Below are positions 49,378 to 62,385 of a stretch of 64,000 nucleotides of DNA, piece by piece. This DNA comes from Bacilli bacterium. Lineage in GTDB: Bacteria; Bacillota_I; Bacilli_A; ML615J-28; CAG-698. Numbering within the stretch: the first letter of the stretch is position 1; every line of letters starts with the position of its first letter. The stretch lies in the NCBI GenBank assembly GCA_050953065.1, contig JBMNLZ010000002.1, positions 416,001-480,000 on the forward strand, in the 5' to 3' direction. The translations under genes and the position numbers were made by a program. Below the pieces are notes generated by a model. The model saw nothing but the letters and a program-made list of their open reading frames with translations, did not search any database and was not told where the DNA came from.

Positions 49378-49392
49378 AAAGGAGATTAAAAT

Positions 49393-49656
49393 ATGTTAAT
49401 GCAAAATTTGTTACTTGCGGTTGATCCAGGTCAAGTTGGAATGTTAGCACTAGCTGCTGCTATTGCTGTATTTACTGGTATTGGAGCTGGTATTGGGATG
49501 GGACATGCCACTGGAAAAGCAGTTGATGCGATTAGTCGTCAACCTGAGGCTGCCAATAAAATTAGAACAGTTTTATTATTAGGTCTTGCTTTTGCTGAAA
49601 CAACTGCAATTTTTGGATTGTTTGTTGCAATTTTAATAGTTATTAATATTTTATAA
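49393..49656 (+). CDS. atpE: F0 subunit c
   Basis: [23 protein letters not shown]. Confidence 0.95.
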   Translation: MLMQNLLLAVDPGQVGMLALAAAIAVFTGIGAGIGMGHATGKAVDAISRQPEAANKIRTVLLLGLAFAETTAIFGLFVAILIVINIL

Positions 49657-49670
49657 GAAGGGGAAAATAA

Positions 49671-50180
49671 ATGAATAATCTATTTTTGGATTTACCACTA
49701 GGACTATCATTAGTAGAAATATTAATTCACTTGTTTAATTTTGCTGTTTTGATGATAGCAGTTCGCTTTCTTTTATGGAAACCTGTTAAGAAGAATATCG
49801 ATAGAAGAAGACTTGAACATGAGAAAGCTATAGAAGAAAGCAAAAAAATGGTTAAAGAAGCTGAAGACTTTAAGACTGAGTATCGTGCTTTAGTTGAAAA
49901 CATTGAAAAAGAAAAAACTGATATTATTACTAAAGCCTTGCTTGAGGCTGAAGAAAGAGCAGATGCTATTATTGTAAAGTCTAAAGAACAAGCTGAAAAT
50001 ATTATTGAAAATGCTAAAGAGATTGTTAAAAACAACAGAGCTCAAGCCCAAAAAGATTTTGAAAAAGAGATTGCAGGACTTGCGATAGATATTGCTAGTA
50101 AAGTTGTTGAACGTGAAATTAGCGAAAAAGATAATAAAAAATTAATTGAGAATTGTTTGAGTCAGTGGGAAAAATCATGA
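49671..50180 (+). CDS. atpF: F0 subunit b
   Basis: N-terminal TM helix with NF..L...LWKP, then coiled coil. Confidence 0.9.
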   Translation: MNNLFLDLPLGLSLVEILIHLFNFAVLMIAVRFLLWKPVKKNIDRRRLEHEKAIEESKKMVKEAEDFKTEYRALVENIEKEKTDIITKALLEAEERADAIIVKSKEQAENIIENAKEIVKNNRAQAQKDFEKEIAGLAIDIASKVVEREISEKDNKKLIENCLSQWEKS

Positions 50181-50395
50181 ATAAAATAATTGTTTATACA
50201 GCTAAAGAGTTATCAAGTGATTATCAAAAAAAGATAACTGCTAGAATCTTAAAAAAAGAAGAAGATTGTACTGAGGTTGAATTTGTTGTTAAGAGTTCAC
50301 TAATAGGCGGAATCATCATTCAAAAAGGTGATGTTGTTTATGATGGTTCTGTTTCTGGTGAATTGTTAGATATAAAAAAACATTTAAGTAAGTAG
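50177..50395 (+). CDS. atpH: Short F1 delta subunit (C-terminal domain only, 72 aa)
   Basis: TAKELS, LIGGIIIQKGD.VYDGSV; ATGA overlap with the atpF stop. Confidence 0.8.
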   Translation: MNKIIVYTAKELSSDYQKKITARILKKEEDCTEVEFVVKSSLIGGIIIQKGDVVYDGSVSGELLDIKKHLSK

Positions 50396-50404
50396 GTAAA
50401 AAAG

Positions 50405-51893
50405 GTGAATTTAGAACATATTACTAAAAAAATTGCTTCCAAGATTGAAAGCTATAAAAGAAAATATAATTCGCTTGTAACCGGCACCATATTAGAATGT
50501 AACGATGGTGTCATTTTTGTGGATGGACTAAGTGGAGTTGGTTATGGTGAACTTATTAGAGTAAATGAAAGCTATGCTATGGTTTTAAATATTGAAGAAG
50601 ATAAAATTGGAGCAATTGTCTTAAATGATATTGGTAATATTGCAGCAGGAGATACTGCTTATGCTACAGGCTATGTGGCTGATGTTGGTGTATCAGAAGA
50701 AATATTGGGTAGAGTTATTAATCCACTTGGGACTCCAATGGATGGAAAAAGTAAATATAAGGTTGATAAATATCAACATTTAGAAGCACCATCTCCAGAA
50801 ATTATGGATAGAGATAGTGTTAACGAACCTTTAGAAACTGGAATTATGGCAATTGATGCAATGATTCCTATTGGAAAAGGTCAAAGAGAATTAATTATTG
50901 GTGATATGCAAACAGGTAAAACTGCAATTGCGATAGATACAATTCTAAATCAAAAAGATAAAAATGTTATTTGTATATATGTTGCAATTGGTCAAAAAGC
51001 TTCATCAATTTCTAAAATCTTACAGGTATTAACTGAGGCTAATGCTATGTCTTATACGACAATTGTAGCATCAACTGCTAATAACGAAGCATCAATGCAA
51101 TATTTAGCACCATATACTGGATGTGCAATTGCTGAGTATTTTATGCAGAGAGGAAAAGATGTATTAGTCGTTTATGATGATCTTACAAAACATGCGATAG
51201 CTTATAGAACACTATCACTTTTATTAAAGCGTCCATCAGGAAGAGAAGCATTCCCTGGAGATATATTCTACACACATTCTCGTCTTTTAGAAAGAGCAGG
51301 CAAGCTTTCTAAAGAATTAGGTGGTGGTTCAATGACAGCCTTACCTATTATTGAAACTCAAATGGGAGATATATCAGCTTATATTCCAACTAATGTTATT
51401 AGTATTACAGATGGCCAAATCTTCTTAGAAACAGAACTTTTCTATGCTGGAAGAAGACCGGCTGTAAATGAGGGGTTGAGTGTTTCTAGAATTGGAGGAT
51501 CTGCTCAATATAAAGCCATTAGAAAAGTAGCTAGTAAATTAAGACTAGAACTTGCTAACTATAGAGAATTAGCAATCTTTTCTAGGTTTGTAGCAGAACT
51601 TGATAATGAAACCAAAAAAATTCTAGAACAAGGAGCAATCCTTACAAAATGTTTAACTCAAGAACAATATAAACCGCTATCTTTTGAAAAACAGGTAGTA
51701 TACTTATATGTTGTTACTAATCAGTTGATTCCATTTATAACAGAGGATAATGTACGTGAAGTAGTGGCTGGACTTTTTGCATACTTAGAAGTTAATCACA
51801 ATGAAATTTTTGAAGAAATCAAAACTGAAAAAGATTTAAGTGATAAAATAATTGGTCAATTAGAAAATGCGATAAGGGATTTTGTAGGTAGCC

Positions 51894-51907
<14 letters not shown>
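50405..51907 (+). CDS. atpA: F1 alpha subunit
   Basis: GTG start; GQRELIIGDMQTGKT, REAFPGD, PTNVISITDGQ, SVSRIG. Confidence 0.95.
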
Positions 51908-54544
<2,637 letters not shown>

Positions 54545-54545
<1 letters not shown>

Positions 54546-54577
54546 AAAAATGAATTGGATTTCCAATTCATTTTTTA
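54545..54577. terminator. Bidirectional terminator
   Basis: AAAAAATGAATTGGA.TTCCAATTCATTTTTT between convergent genes. Confidence 0.8.
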
Positions 54578-54594
54578 TTATTAATTATTAAAAT

Positions 54595-56619
54595 TTAAAT
54601 ATTTTGTTTCCTTTTGATAAAGATTATTCCAAACCCAGTAAAGATGAAGAATAGATTAATTGCTTTTGCTTTACATCCACTTCCAGGAGTGCCATCTTCA
54701 TCTTCGCCTTGCTCATCATCACCTTGTTCATCATCATCTTCATCATCTAGTGAATAATTATATGTTAGAGTTTCGTTAAAGATTTCATCTCTATAAATAT
54801 CTTTAACAATTAGTGTAAGCTGATTTTCTCCTTCAACTAGTAGGGCTGTTAAATTATATTCAGTGGCATCTTTTTCTAAATTACAAATTAACTCTCCATC
54901 TATTTCAAAAATAAAGTCTTTTATTTGTAAGGCTACTAAATCATTATCCCATTTGAAGAATAATACTCCATTTTCCTTTTCAACTCTTAAATTACTAATT
55001 GAGCCTGGGTCGTGTTTGTTGACAAAAGTTTTTAAAACTTCTCTAGTTGTAGCATCTTTAAAGGTAATAATAATCTTTATTTGGAGTGTTTTTCCAGCTG
55101 GAAGTTCTCCAAAGAAAAATTGTGTCATATCTTCAGCTGGCTCAAATGAAGCGTATACATAATCACCTGCTGCAGCATTACATACTTTGATATCTCTAAC
55201 TTTATCCCAACCAACATCAGTGAAAGTTAATTTTCCTAAAGATAGATCTTCTGGATTAATAGTAACATCAAATGAATTAGCATATGCATCTCTATCAAAG
55301 TCTCCAATATCTTCTTTTTTACAAGGAATAGTGTAACTATCATGAACAGTTCCACTATCATCAAACATTTCACCAGTAATTTCAGTTTTACTGACAGTTA
55401 GAACTTGAATAGAACTAATTGAGTTGCTATCTGTTGTACCACCATAGATTACTTCTGAATATTCACTACTTGCAGTTGCGATTCTTCCACGTGCTCCAAT
55501 TTGGTTTGCTGTAATATATACTGTACCTTTATCTGCTGTAGTAACTTGCCCATTTAAAATAGGTTTAGTTCTTACATATACATGGTCATCTCCTGTTAAG
55601 ACTAAGTCAACACCTAGGCTTTCTAAAGTGCTTCCATAAATATTATAAGCATCAGTAGATTTACTAACTCCGCTAGGTGCACTAGCAGTAGAACCATGGA
55701 AAAATTCTCTATGAGAAAAAGCTATGATATAATCACTTGGATTGTTTTGAATAGTAGTAGCTAACCATGATTTTTGTTTTTCTCTTGTTGCATAATCTAG
55801 AATTTCAGAATTTATTGCAATAAATAACACATTATTATATTTGAAAAAGTAAGATGAATTTGAAATATTTTCAGCACCATTCTTGGGATTATCAAACATT
55901 GCGTTATAATAAACATCTGAAGTATGAACTACTCCACCTGAATATTTATAATAATCATGATTTCCAGGAGTTGTTGCTAAAAAATAATTTTTAGTAAATG
56001 GAGCTGTTGCAAAATGTTTCCATTGATAATAATCACTTCCATGAGCTGTTAGGTCTCCTGGAAAAAGTATGAAATCTAAATTTGGATTTTTTTCTTGAGC
56101 TTTTGCAATTAAAGAATTAGCAGTAGATAGTCTTGCGCTTATATTAGGATAAGCATGAACGTCAGACATATAAACAAAACTAAAACTATCGCTTTCATCT
56201 GCAGTTTTAAAGAAATAACTAGCTGTAGTAGCCTCACCCTTAATTCTATATCTATATTCAGTACCTGGTGTTAAATCTGTTAGGTTAACAATATTTCTAT
56301 AATAGTTTACTGAACCAGTATAACCACCACTATTACCATCTGATGCACTTTCAAAAGTTGAAGATACAGCAGTTGGTGTTATCTCTATACCATTTGTATA
56401 ATCTGTATCATCTTTAGTAGTGTAAGTTAGAGTAGAAGATTCAACAGTTGCGTGCCAACTAATATTTATTTCAGTACTAGCATCCTCACCTGGTGTTGCA
56501 AATACTAAATCAATTCTTGTTGGGATAGTAAACCATCCAAAACTTTCAGTAGTAAAAACTAATGTTGATACTAAAAATAATAAAAAAACTAATAAAAAAC
56601 AAGATAATATTTTTCTCAT
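54595..56619 (-). CDS. Secreted purple-acid-phosphatase-like metallophosphoesterase with an FN3-like domain, acidic linker and C-terminal SGC-TM-basic tail
   Basis: Signal peptide; SDVH, PGDL, PGNHD, FSH, GDDHVY; tail GSGCKAKAINLFFIFTGFGIIFIKRK. Confidence 0.87.
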   Translation of the reverse strand: MRKILSCFLLVFLLFLVSTLVFTTESFGWFTIPTRIDLVFATPGEDASTEINISWHATVESSTLTYTTKDDTDYTNGIEITPTAVSSTFESASDGNSGGYTGSVNYYRNIVNLTDLTPGTEYRYRIKGEATTASYFFKTADESDSFSFVYMSDVHAYPNISARLSTANSLIAKAQEKNPNLDFILFPGDLTAHGSDYYQWKHFATAPFTKNYFLATTPGNHDYYKYSGGVVHTSDVYYNAMFDNPKNGAENISNSSYFFKYNNVLFIAINSEILDYATREKQKSWLATTIQNNPSDYIIAFSHREFFHGSTASAPSGVSKSTDAYNIYGSTLESLGVDLVLTGDDHVYVRTKPILNGQVTTADKGTVYITANQIGARGRIATASSEYSEVIYGGTTDSNSISSIQVLTVSKTEITGEMFDDSGTVHDSYTIPCKKEDIGDFDRDAYANSFDVTINPEDLSLGKLTFTDVGWDKVRDIKVCNAAAGDYVYASFEPAEDMTQFFFGELPAGKTLQIKIIITFKDATTREVLKTFVNKHDPGSISNLRVEKENGVLFFKWDNDLVALQIKDFIFEIDGELICNLEKDATEYNLTALLVEGENQLTLIVKDIYRDEIFNETLTYNYSLDDEDDDEQGDDEQGEDEDGTPGSGCKAKAINLFFIFTGFGIIFIKRKQNI

Positions 56620-56737
56620 AAAAATCCTCCTATATTAAATTATACCATAAATAGTTAAATACTACAAAATCAATTATTTTAAAAAATAAGAATCTATCTT
56701 TTGAATTGCTTTAATGGTAAAATGTTTGCGTCATTTC

Positions 56738-56796
56738 TTGCATTTAAAGGCTAAAAGTTGTATAATATAATTGTTTGTAAAGTGAGATTTGTCACT
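56738..56796 (+). promoter_or_regulatory. SigA promoter with a downstream AGTGA-N6-TCACT palindrome
   Basis: TTGCAT-N17-TATAAT at 56738-56766; palindrome at 56781-56796. Confidence 0.6.
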
Positions 56797-56826
56797 AAAA
56801 ATTAACTTAAAGGAGAAGAAAAAAGA

Positions 56827-57954
56827 ATGGCAGATTACAGGTATTATCAGTATGATTTATTAAAAGAGTTTTGTACTAAAGCATTTAACAAAGTTGGTTT
56901 TACAAAAAAAGAAAGTGCGATTATCGTTGATGTATTATTATTATCAGATTTGTTTGGAATTGAATCACATGGTGTTCAAAGATTAGCAAGATATCATAAA
57001 GGTATTGAAAAGGGTTTAATTAAACTTGATGCTAAACCAGAAGTGGTTTTCGAAACACCAATTAGTGCTGTAATTGACGGACATGAAGGAATGGGACAAC
57101 TAATTTCTCATCAAGCAATGAGTTTAGCAATTAAAAAAGCTCAAAAGAAAGGTGTTGGAATAGTTTCAGTTCGTAATTCAAACCATTATGGAATTGCAGG
57201 TTATTATGCTAAGATGGCATCTGATGCAGGTTTAATTGGTTGGTCTACAACAAATTCTGAGGCGATAATGGTTCCAACATATGGACGTATGGCAATGATA
57301 GGGTCTAACCCAATCGCAATGGCAGTACCAGCAGAACCATATGATTTTCTATTTGATGCTTCTACAACGGTTGTTACTAGAGGAAAACTTGAAATGTATA
57401 ATAAAGCTGAGAAAGCTTTACCTGAAGGCTGGGCACTTGATAAAGATGGTAAACCATCAACTAATGCAGCTGATGTTTTAAAAAATATCGTTGCTAAGAA
57501 TGGTGGTGGAATTATGCCACTAGGTGGATCTGATGAAGTTTTAGGTAGTCATAAAGGATATGGATATGGAATGATTTGTGAAATCTTCTCATCAATTCTA
57601 TCTCAAGGTGCAACATCTAATTATGCCATGACAGGTGGTAAAGGAAAGATTTGTCATAGTTTTATGGCAATTAACCCTGCTTACTTTGGAAATCCTGAAG
57701 ATATAAAGAAACACTTCTCTAAATTCTTACAAGAATTACGTGATGCTCCAAAAGCAGAAGGTCAAGCAAGAATTTATACACATGGTGAAAAAGAAGTTGA
57801 AGCTACAAAAAGAATTCTAAAAGACGGAGTTCCTGTAAATATTAATACAGTATATGAAATGATTGATATGGCAAAATTTGTTGGTTTAAGTTATACAAAA
57901 TATTTTGGTAAAATTAAAAAACCAGAAGATAAAACTAAGAAGAGTTTATATTAA
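56827..57954 (+). CDS. Ldh_2-family (malate/L-lactate dehydrogenase-type) oxidoreductase
   Basis: GIESHGV.RL, RNSNHYG, GSNPIA, GSHKGYG. Confidence 0.9.
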   Translation: MADYRYYQYDLLKEFCTKAFNKVGFTKKESAIIVDVLLLSDLFGIESHGVQRLARYHKGIEKGLIKLDAKPEVVFETPISAVIDGHEGMGQLISHQAMSLAIKKAQKKGVGIVSVRNSNHYGIAGYYAKMASDAGLIGWSTTNSEAIMVPTYGRMAMIGSNPIAMAVPAEPYDFLFDASTTVVTRGKLEMYNKAEKALPEGWALDKDGKPSTNAADVLKNIVAKNGGGIMPLGGSDEVLGSHKGYGYGMICEIFSSILSQGATSNYAMTGGKGKICHSFMAINPAYFGNPEDIKKHFSKFLQELRDAPKAEGQARIYTHGEKEVEATKRILKDGVPVNINTVYEMIDMAKFVGLSYTKYFGKIKKPEDKTKKSLY

Positions 57955-57968
57955 TAAAGGTGAAAATT

Positions 57969-59162
57969 ATGGAAAAGAAATTAACTACTGCTGAAAAAAG
58001 TTTAGCCTTACATTACGAGAAAAAAGGTAAAATAGAAGTTGTTGTTACAGTACCTGTTGCTAGTAAAGAAGATTTATCACTAGCTTATACTCCAGGGGTA
58101 GCGACTCCTTGTTTAGAAATTCAAAAAGACGTTGATAAATCATATGAATTAACACGTCGTTGGAATATGTGTTTAGTTGTAACTGATGGAACTGCAGTTT
58201 TAGGATTAGGTGATATTGGACCTGAAGCTGGAATGCCTGTTATGGAAGGTAAATGTGTTTTATTTAAAGCCTTTGGTGGAGTAGATGCATTTCCTTTATG
58301 TATTAAGAGTAAAGATGTTGATGAAATTGTTAAAACTATTTATTTAATTTCTGGTTCTTTTGGTGGAGTTAACTTAGAAGATATTTCTGCTCCACGTTGT
58401 TTTGAAATTGAAAAAAGATTAAAAGAAATTTGTGATATTCCAATTTTCCATGATGACCAACATGGTACTGCAGTTGTAACTTTAGCAGGCTTAACAAATG
58501 CTTTAAGAATTGTTAAAAAAGATAAAGCAAAAGTTAAGGTTGTTATTAACGGAGCAGGAGCAGCAGCTATTTCAATTACTCAATTATTATTAGCTGATGG
58601 CTTTAAAGATATTACTTTATGTGATACTAAGGGTGCTATTTATGAGGGTAGAGCAGTTGGAATGAACTCTATTAAAGAAGAAATGGCTAAAGTAACTAAC
58701 CTTTCTAAGAAAGAAGGAGCACTTAAAGACTTACTAGTTGGAGCAGATGTATTTATTGGAGTTTCTGCACCTAATATGGTTACTAAAGAAATGGTTCAAA
58801 CTATGGCAAAAGATGCAATTGTTTTTGCATGTGCAAATCCAATACCTGAAATTTATCCAGATGAAGCAAAAGCAGGTGGAGCGAAAGTTATTGCTACTGG
58901 AAGAAGTGACTTCCCTAACCAAATCAATAATGTTATAGCTTTTCCTGGTATCTTTAGGGGAACATTTGATGTTAGAGCATCAGATATTAATGATGAAATG
59001 AAATTAGCAGCAGCTAAAGCATTATCTAATTTAATTACTGATGAAGAATTAACTCCTGAATATATTATTCCTGCAGCATTTGATCCAAGAGTAAGAGAAG
59101 TTGTTTCAAAAGCAGTTGCAGATGCAGCAAGAAAAACTAAAGTTGCAAGAATTAATAAATAA
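57969..59162 (+). CDS. NAD(P)-dependent malic enzyme (copy 1)
   Basis: LAYTPGVA, PVMEGK, NLEDISAPRCF, HDDQHGTA, GAGAA, TGRSDFPNQINN. Confidence 0.93.
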   Translation: MEKKLTTAEKSLALHYEKKGKIEVVVTVPVASKEDLSLAYTPGVATPCLEIQKDVDKSYELTRRWNMCLVVTDGTAVLGLGDIGPEAGMPVMEGKCVLFKAFGGVDAFPLCIKSKDVDEIVKTIYLISGSFGGVNLEDISAPRCFEIEKRLKEICDIPIFHDDQHGTAVVTLAGLTNALRIVKKDKAKVKVVINGAGAAAISITQLLLADGFKDITLCDTKGAIYEGRAVGMNSIKEEMAKVTNLSKKEGALKDLLVGADVFIGVSAPNMVTKEMVQTMAKDAIVFACANPIPEIYPDEAKAGGAKVIATGRSDFPNQINNVIAFPGIFRGTFDVRASDINDEMKLAAAKALSNLITDEELTPEYIIPAAFDPRVREVVSKAVADAARKTKVARINK

Positions 59163-59196
59163 TTAAAGTTTAAAAAATTTTTAAAAGGAGGCAAAA

Positions 59197-60477
59197 ATGC
59201 TAGAATTCCAACTTCCGTATTATAAACATCATATGACTTTATCAATTGAAGATAAAGAACGCCTAGCGGGAGTATTAATATCTAATGCAGAAACATATAT
59301 TCCTAAAGGAAAACCTACTGATCTAGTTAAGAAAGCATTAAAAAAACCAATTGGTTCTAAACCACTTTCAAAACTTGCGAAAAAGAAAAAGCATATTGTT
59401 ATAATTACAAGTGATCATACAAGGCCAGTGCCAAGTCATATTACTATGCCTATTATTTTAAAAGAAATAAGAAAACATAATAAAGATGTTAAGATTACTA
59501 TTTTAATTGCAACAGGTATGCATCGCCCAACAACTAAACAAGAAATGATTGAAAAGTTTGGTAAAGAAGTTGTTGAGAAAGAAGTTTTTGTAGTACATGA
59601 TGCTTATAAAGATGAAGATATGGTTTTCAAAGGTATATTACCATCAGGTGGAGAAGTATGGCTTAATAAATTAGTAGATGAAGCAGATTTATTAATTTCT
59701 GAAGGCTTTATAGAACCTCATTTCTTTGCGGGTTTTAGTGGAGGAAGAAAATCTGTTTTACCTGGTATTGCTTCTAAGAAGACAGTTTTATGGAATCATA
59801 ATGCAAAGTTTATCGCTCATCCTGCAGCAAGAGCAGGAAGTTTGCTTGATAATCCAATACATAAAGATATGTTATTTGCAGCCCAAGTAGCAAACTTAGC
59901 CTTTATTTTAAATGTCGTTATAAATGGAGAAAAAGAAATCATTGGTGCTTATGCAGGAGATCCTTCAAAAGCACATAATGAGGGGTGTAAATTAGTAGCA
60001 GAACTTGCGAAAGTTAAACCAGTTCCAGCTGATATTGTAGTTACGACTAATGGTGGATATCCACTTGATCAAAATATTTATCAAACTGTAAAAGGAATGA
60101 CAGCAGCTGAGGCTTGTGTTAAACCTAACGGAGTTATTGTGATGATTTCATCTTGTATTGATGGCCATGGTGGAGACTTCTTTTATCATACTTTAGCTGA
60201 TGCTTTAAATCCTAAAGCAGCGTTAGAAAAAATTGAAGGAGTAGAACCTTCAGAAACAGTTTTTGATCAATGGGAGAGCCAAATATTAGCAAGGATATTA
60301 GTTAAAAGTACGGTTATTTTAGTAAGTGATTTGTGTGACCCAAAAATCATAACTGATATGCATATGCTTCATGCAAAAGATGTAAATGAAGCGATGGCGA
60401 AAGCCGAAAAAATAGCCGGTAAAGATAGTAAAATAACAGTTATTCCAGATGGAGTTGCTGTTATAGTTAAAGATTAA
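59197..60477 (+). CDS. larA: Nickel-pincer-dependent LarA-family racemase/epimerase
   Basis: SDHTRPVP, ATGMHR, EPHFFAGFSGGRKSVLPG, GGYPLDQNIYQTVKG. Confidence 0.9.
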   Translation: MLEFQLPYYKHHMTLSIEDKERLAGVLISNAETYIPKGKPTDLVKKALKKPIGSKPLSKLAKKKKHIVIITSDHTRPVPSHITMPIILKEIRKHNKDVKITILIATGMHRPTTKQEMIEKFGKEVVEKEVFVVHDAYKDEDMVFKGILPSGGEVWLNKLVDEADLLISEGFIEPHFFAGFSGGRKSVLPGIASKKTVLWNHNAKFIAHPAARAGSLLDNPIHKDMLFAAQVANLAFILNVVINGEKEIIGAYAGDPSKAHNEGCKLVAELAKVKPVPADIVVTTNGGYPLDQNIYQTVKGMTAAEACVKPNGVIVMISSCIDGHGGDFFYHTLADALNPKAALEKIEGVEPSETVFDQWESQILARILVKSTVILVSDLCDPKIITDMHMLHAKDVNEAMAKAEKIAGKDSKITVIPDGVAVIVKD

Positions 60478-60486
60478 TTTTAATTT

Positions 60487-60512
60487 ACCCGCTTTAAAAA
60501 AGGCGGGTTTTT
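60487..60512 (+). terminator. Intrinsic terminator
   Basis: ACCCGCTTT..AAGGCGGGT followed by Ts. Confidence 0.7.
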
Positions 60513-60529
60513 AAAAAGAAAGGAAAGAA

Positions 60530-61021
60530 ATGAAAAAGAAAGAAGCAGTTAAAAGAACGTGTCTAAGACCGACACCTTCTGTGATCGTATCAATGAGAGA
60601 TGAGAATGGTAAAAATAACGCCTTAACAATTGGTTATTGTTGCAATTGTAGTTTTGATCCTCCAATGCTTGCAATAGCAATCAATCCAGCAAGATATTCG
60701 TATCATATAATTAATCAGACTAGATGTTTTGTTGTAAACCTTACAACAAAGGAAAATGAATCGTTAATTGAATATATGGGAACAGTATCAGGGCGTGATG
60801 TTGATAAGTTTAAAGAGATGAAGGTAGAAACAGAAGAAGCAATTAATATCGATGCTCCACTTATTAAAGAATGTCCAGTAAATATTGAATGTTTGGTTGT
60901 TGATAGTATACATACTGGGTCGCATGTTTTGTTTATAGCAAAAGTCTTATACGTTCATGCAAGAGAAGATTTAATAAAAGAAGATGGAACAGTTGATAAA
61001 AATAAAATAAAATTTATTTAA
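60530..61021 (+). CDS. Flavin reductase-like (split-barrel) protein
   Basis: P.P.VIVS, SFDPPML, FVVN, GTVSGRDVDKF, ECPVNIEC, GSHVLFI. Confidence 0.88.
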   Translation: MKKKEAVKRTCLRPTPSVIVSMRDENGKNNALTIGYCCNCSFDPPMLAIAINPARYSYHIINQTRCFVVNLTTKENESLIEYMGTVSGRDVDKFKEMKVETEEAINIDAPLIKECPVNIECLVVDSIHTGSHVLFIAKVLYVHAREDLIKEDGTVDKNKIKFI

Positions 61022-61046
61022 AAAAGAAAGGTAAGGAGTGAAAAAT

Positions 61047-62228
61047 ATGGATGATGTTAATGAAAAAAGTCTTCAGTTGCATGCATTGCATAATGGTAAA
61101 TTAGAGGTAATTTCAAAAGTTAAAGTTGAAAACAGAGAAGATCTATGTTTGGCTTATACTCCAGGAGTAGCTGAACCTTGTAAAAAAATTCATGCAAATC
61201 AAGGCGATGTTTATAGATATACAATTAAAGGAAATACTATTGCTGTTGTAACTGATGGAACAGCAGTTTTAGGGCTAGGTGATATTGGCCCTCATGCTGC
61301 AATGCCAGTAATGGAAGGTAAAGCAATTCTATTTAAACAATTTGGAAATGTTGATGCTTTCCCAATTTGTCTTAATACTAAAGACACTGAAGAAATAATT
61401 AAAACAGTAAAATATCTTGCTCCAACTTTTGGTGGAATTAACTTAGAAGATATTTCAGCTCCTCGTTGTTTTGAAATTGAAAAAAGATTAAAAGAAGAAT
61501 TAGATATTCCTGTTTTTCATGATGATCAACATGGTACTGCAATAGTAGTTTGTGCAGCCCTAATAAATGCTTTAAAAATAGTTGATAAAAAAATTGAAGA
61601 TATTAATATTGTTGTTAATGGGGCAGGTTCTGCTGGAATTTCAATTGCTAAACTATTATTACAATTTAAAGCAGGCAATGTAGTTTTAGTAGATAGAATA
61701 GGAGCACTTCAAAAAGATGCAGAATGGATGAATGATGCTCAAAAAGATATGTTAAAGTATAGCAATGTTAATAAAAACAATGAAAGAGGACCTTTAGTAG
61801 ATATTATTAAAGGCAAAGATGTTTTCATAGGAGTATCAGCTGGCAATGTTTTAAGCCAAGAAATGGTTCAAACTATGGCAAAAGATCCAATTGTCTTTGC
61901 ATGTGCTAATCCAGTTCCTGAAATTATGCCTGATAAAGCTTTAGCAGCTGGTGCTAGAGTTGTTGCAACAGGAAGAAGCGACTTTCCAAATCAAATTAAT
62001 AATGTTTTAGTATTCCCAGGAATCTTTAGAGGTGCATTAGATGTAAGAGCAAGTGATATTACAGAAAGTATGAAAATTGCTGCAGCTTATGCTATTGCTG
62101 ATTTAATTAAGTCTGAAGAGTTAAAAGAAGACTATATAATACCTTCTATTTTTGATAAAAGAGTTAGTGAAAATGTAGCTAAAGCAGTAGCTGAAGAAGC
62201 TATTAAATCAAAAGTAGCTAGAATTTAA
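61047..62228 (+). CDS. NAD(P)-dependent malic enzyme (copy 2)
   Basis: Same motif set as copy 1; GAGSAG; start after AAGGAG (GTG at 61038 is an alternative). Confidence 0.93.
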   Translation: MDDVNEKSLQLHALHNGKLEVISKVKVENREDLCLAYTPGVAEPCKKIHANQGDVYRYTIKGNTIAVVTDGTAVLGLGDIGPHAAMPVMEGKAILFKQFGNVDAFPICLNTKDTEEIIKTVKYLAPTFGGINLEDISAPRCFEIEKRLKEELDIPVFHDDQHGTAIVVCAALINALKIVDKKIEDINIVVNGAGSAGISIAKLLLQFKAGNVVLVDRIGALQKDAEWMNDAQKDMLKYSNVNKNNERGPLVDIIKGKDVFIGVSAGNVLSQEMVQTMAKDPIVFACANPVPEIMPDKALAAGARVVATGRSDFPNQINNVLVFPGIFRGALDVRASDITESMKIAAAYAIADLIKSEELKEDYIIPSIFDKRVSENVAKAVAEEAIKSKVARI

Positions 62229-62244
62229 TAATTTAAAAAATTAA

Positions 62245-62278
62245 AATAAAACAAAGAATTTCTATTCTTTGTTTTATT
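62245..62278 (+). terminator. Intrinsic terminator
   Basis: AATAAAACAAAGAAT-TTCT-ATTCTTTGTTTTATT. Confidence 0.75.
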
Positions 62279-62385
62279 AATTATAACTTAAAATTAATCT
62301 AACTTAATTTAACCTAAATCCAATAAAAATGACTAGTTAATTGTTTATGTTATGTTGTATAATAATTATAGAAGGGGGGGATGAA

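Noticed and set aside
62280-62320. AACTTAA-like direct repeats upstream of the GHL10 gene
   Set aside because: Irregular spacing in very AT-rich DNA; cannot be told from chance by eye
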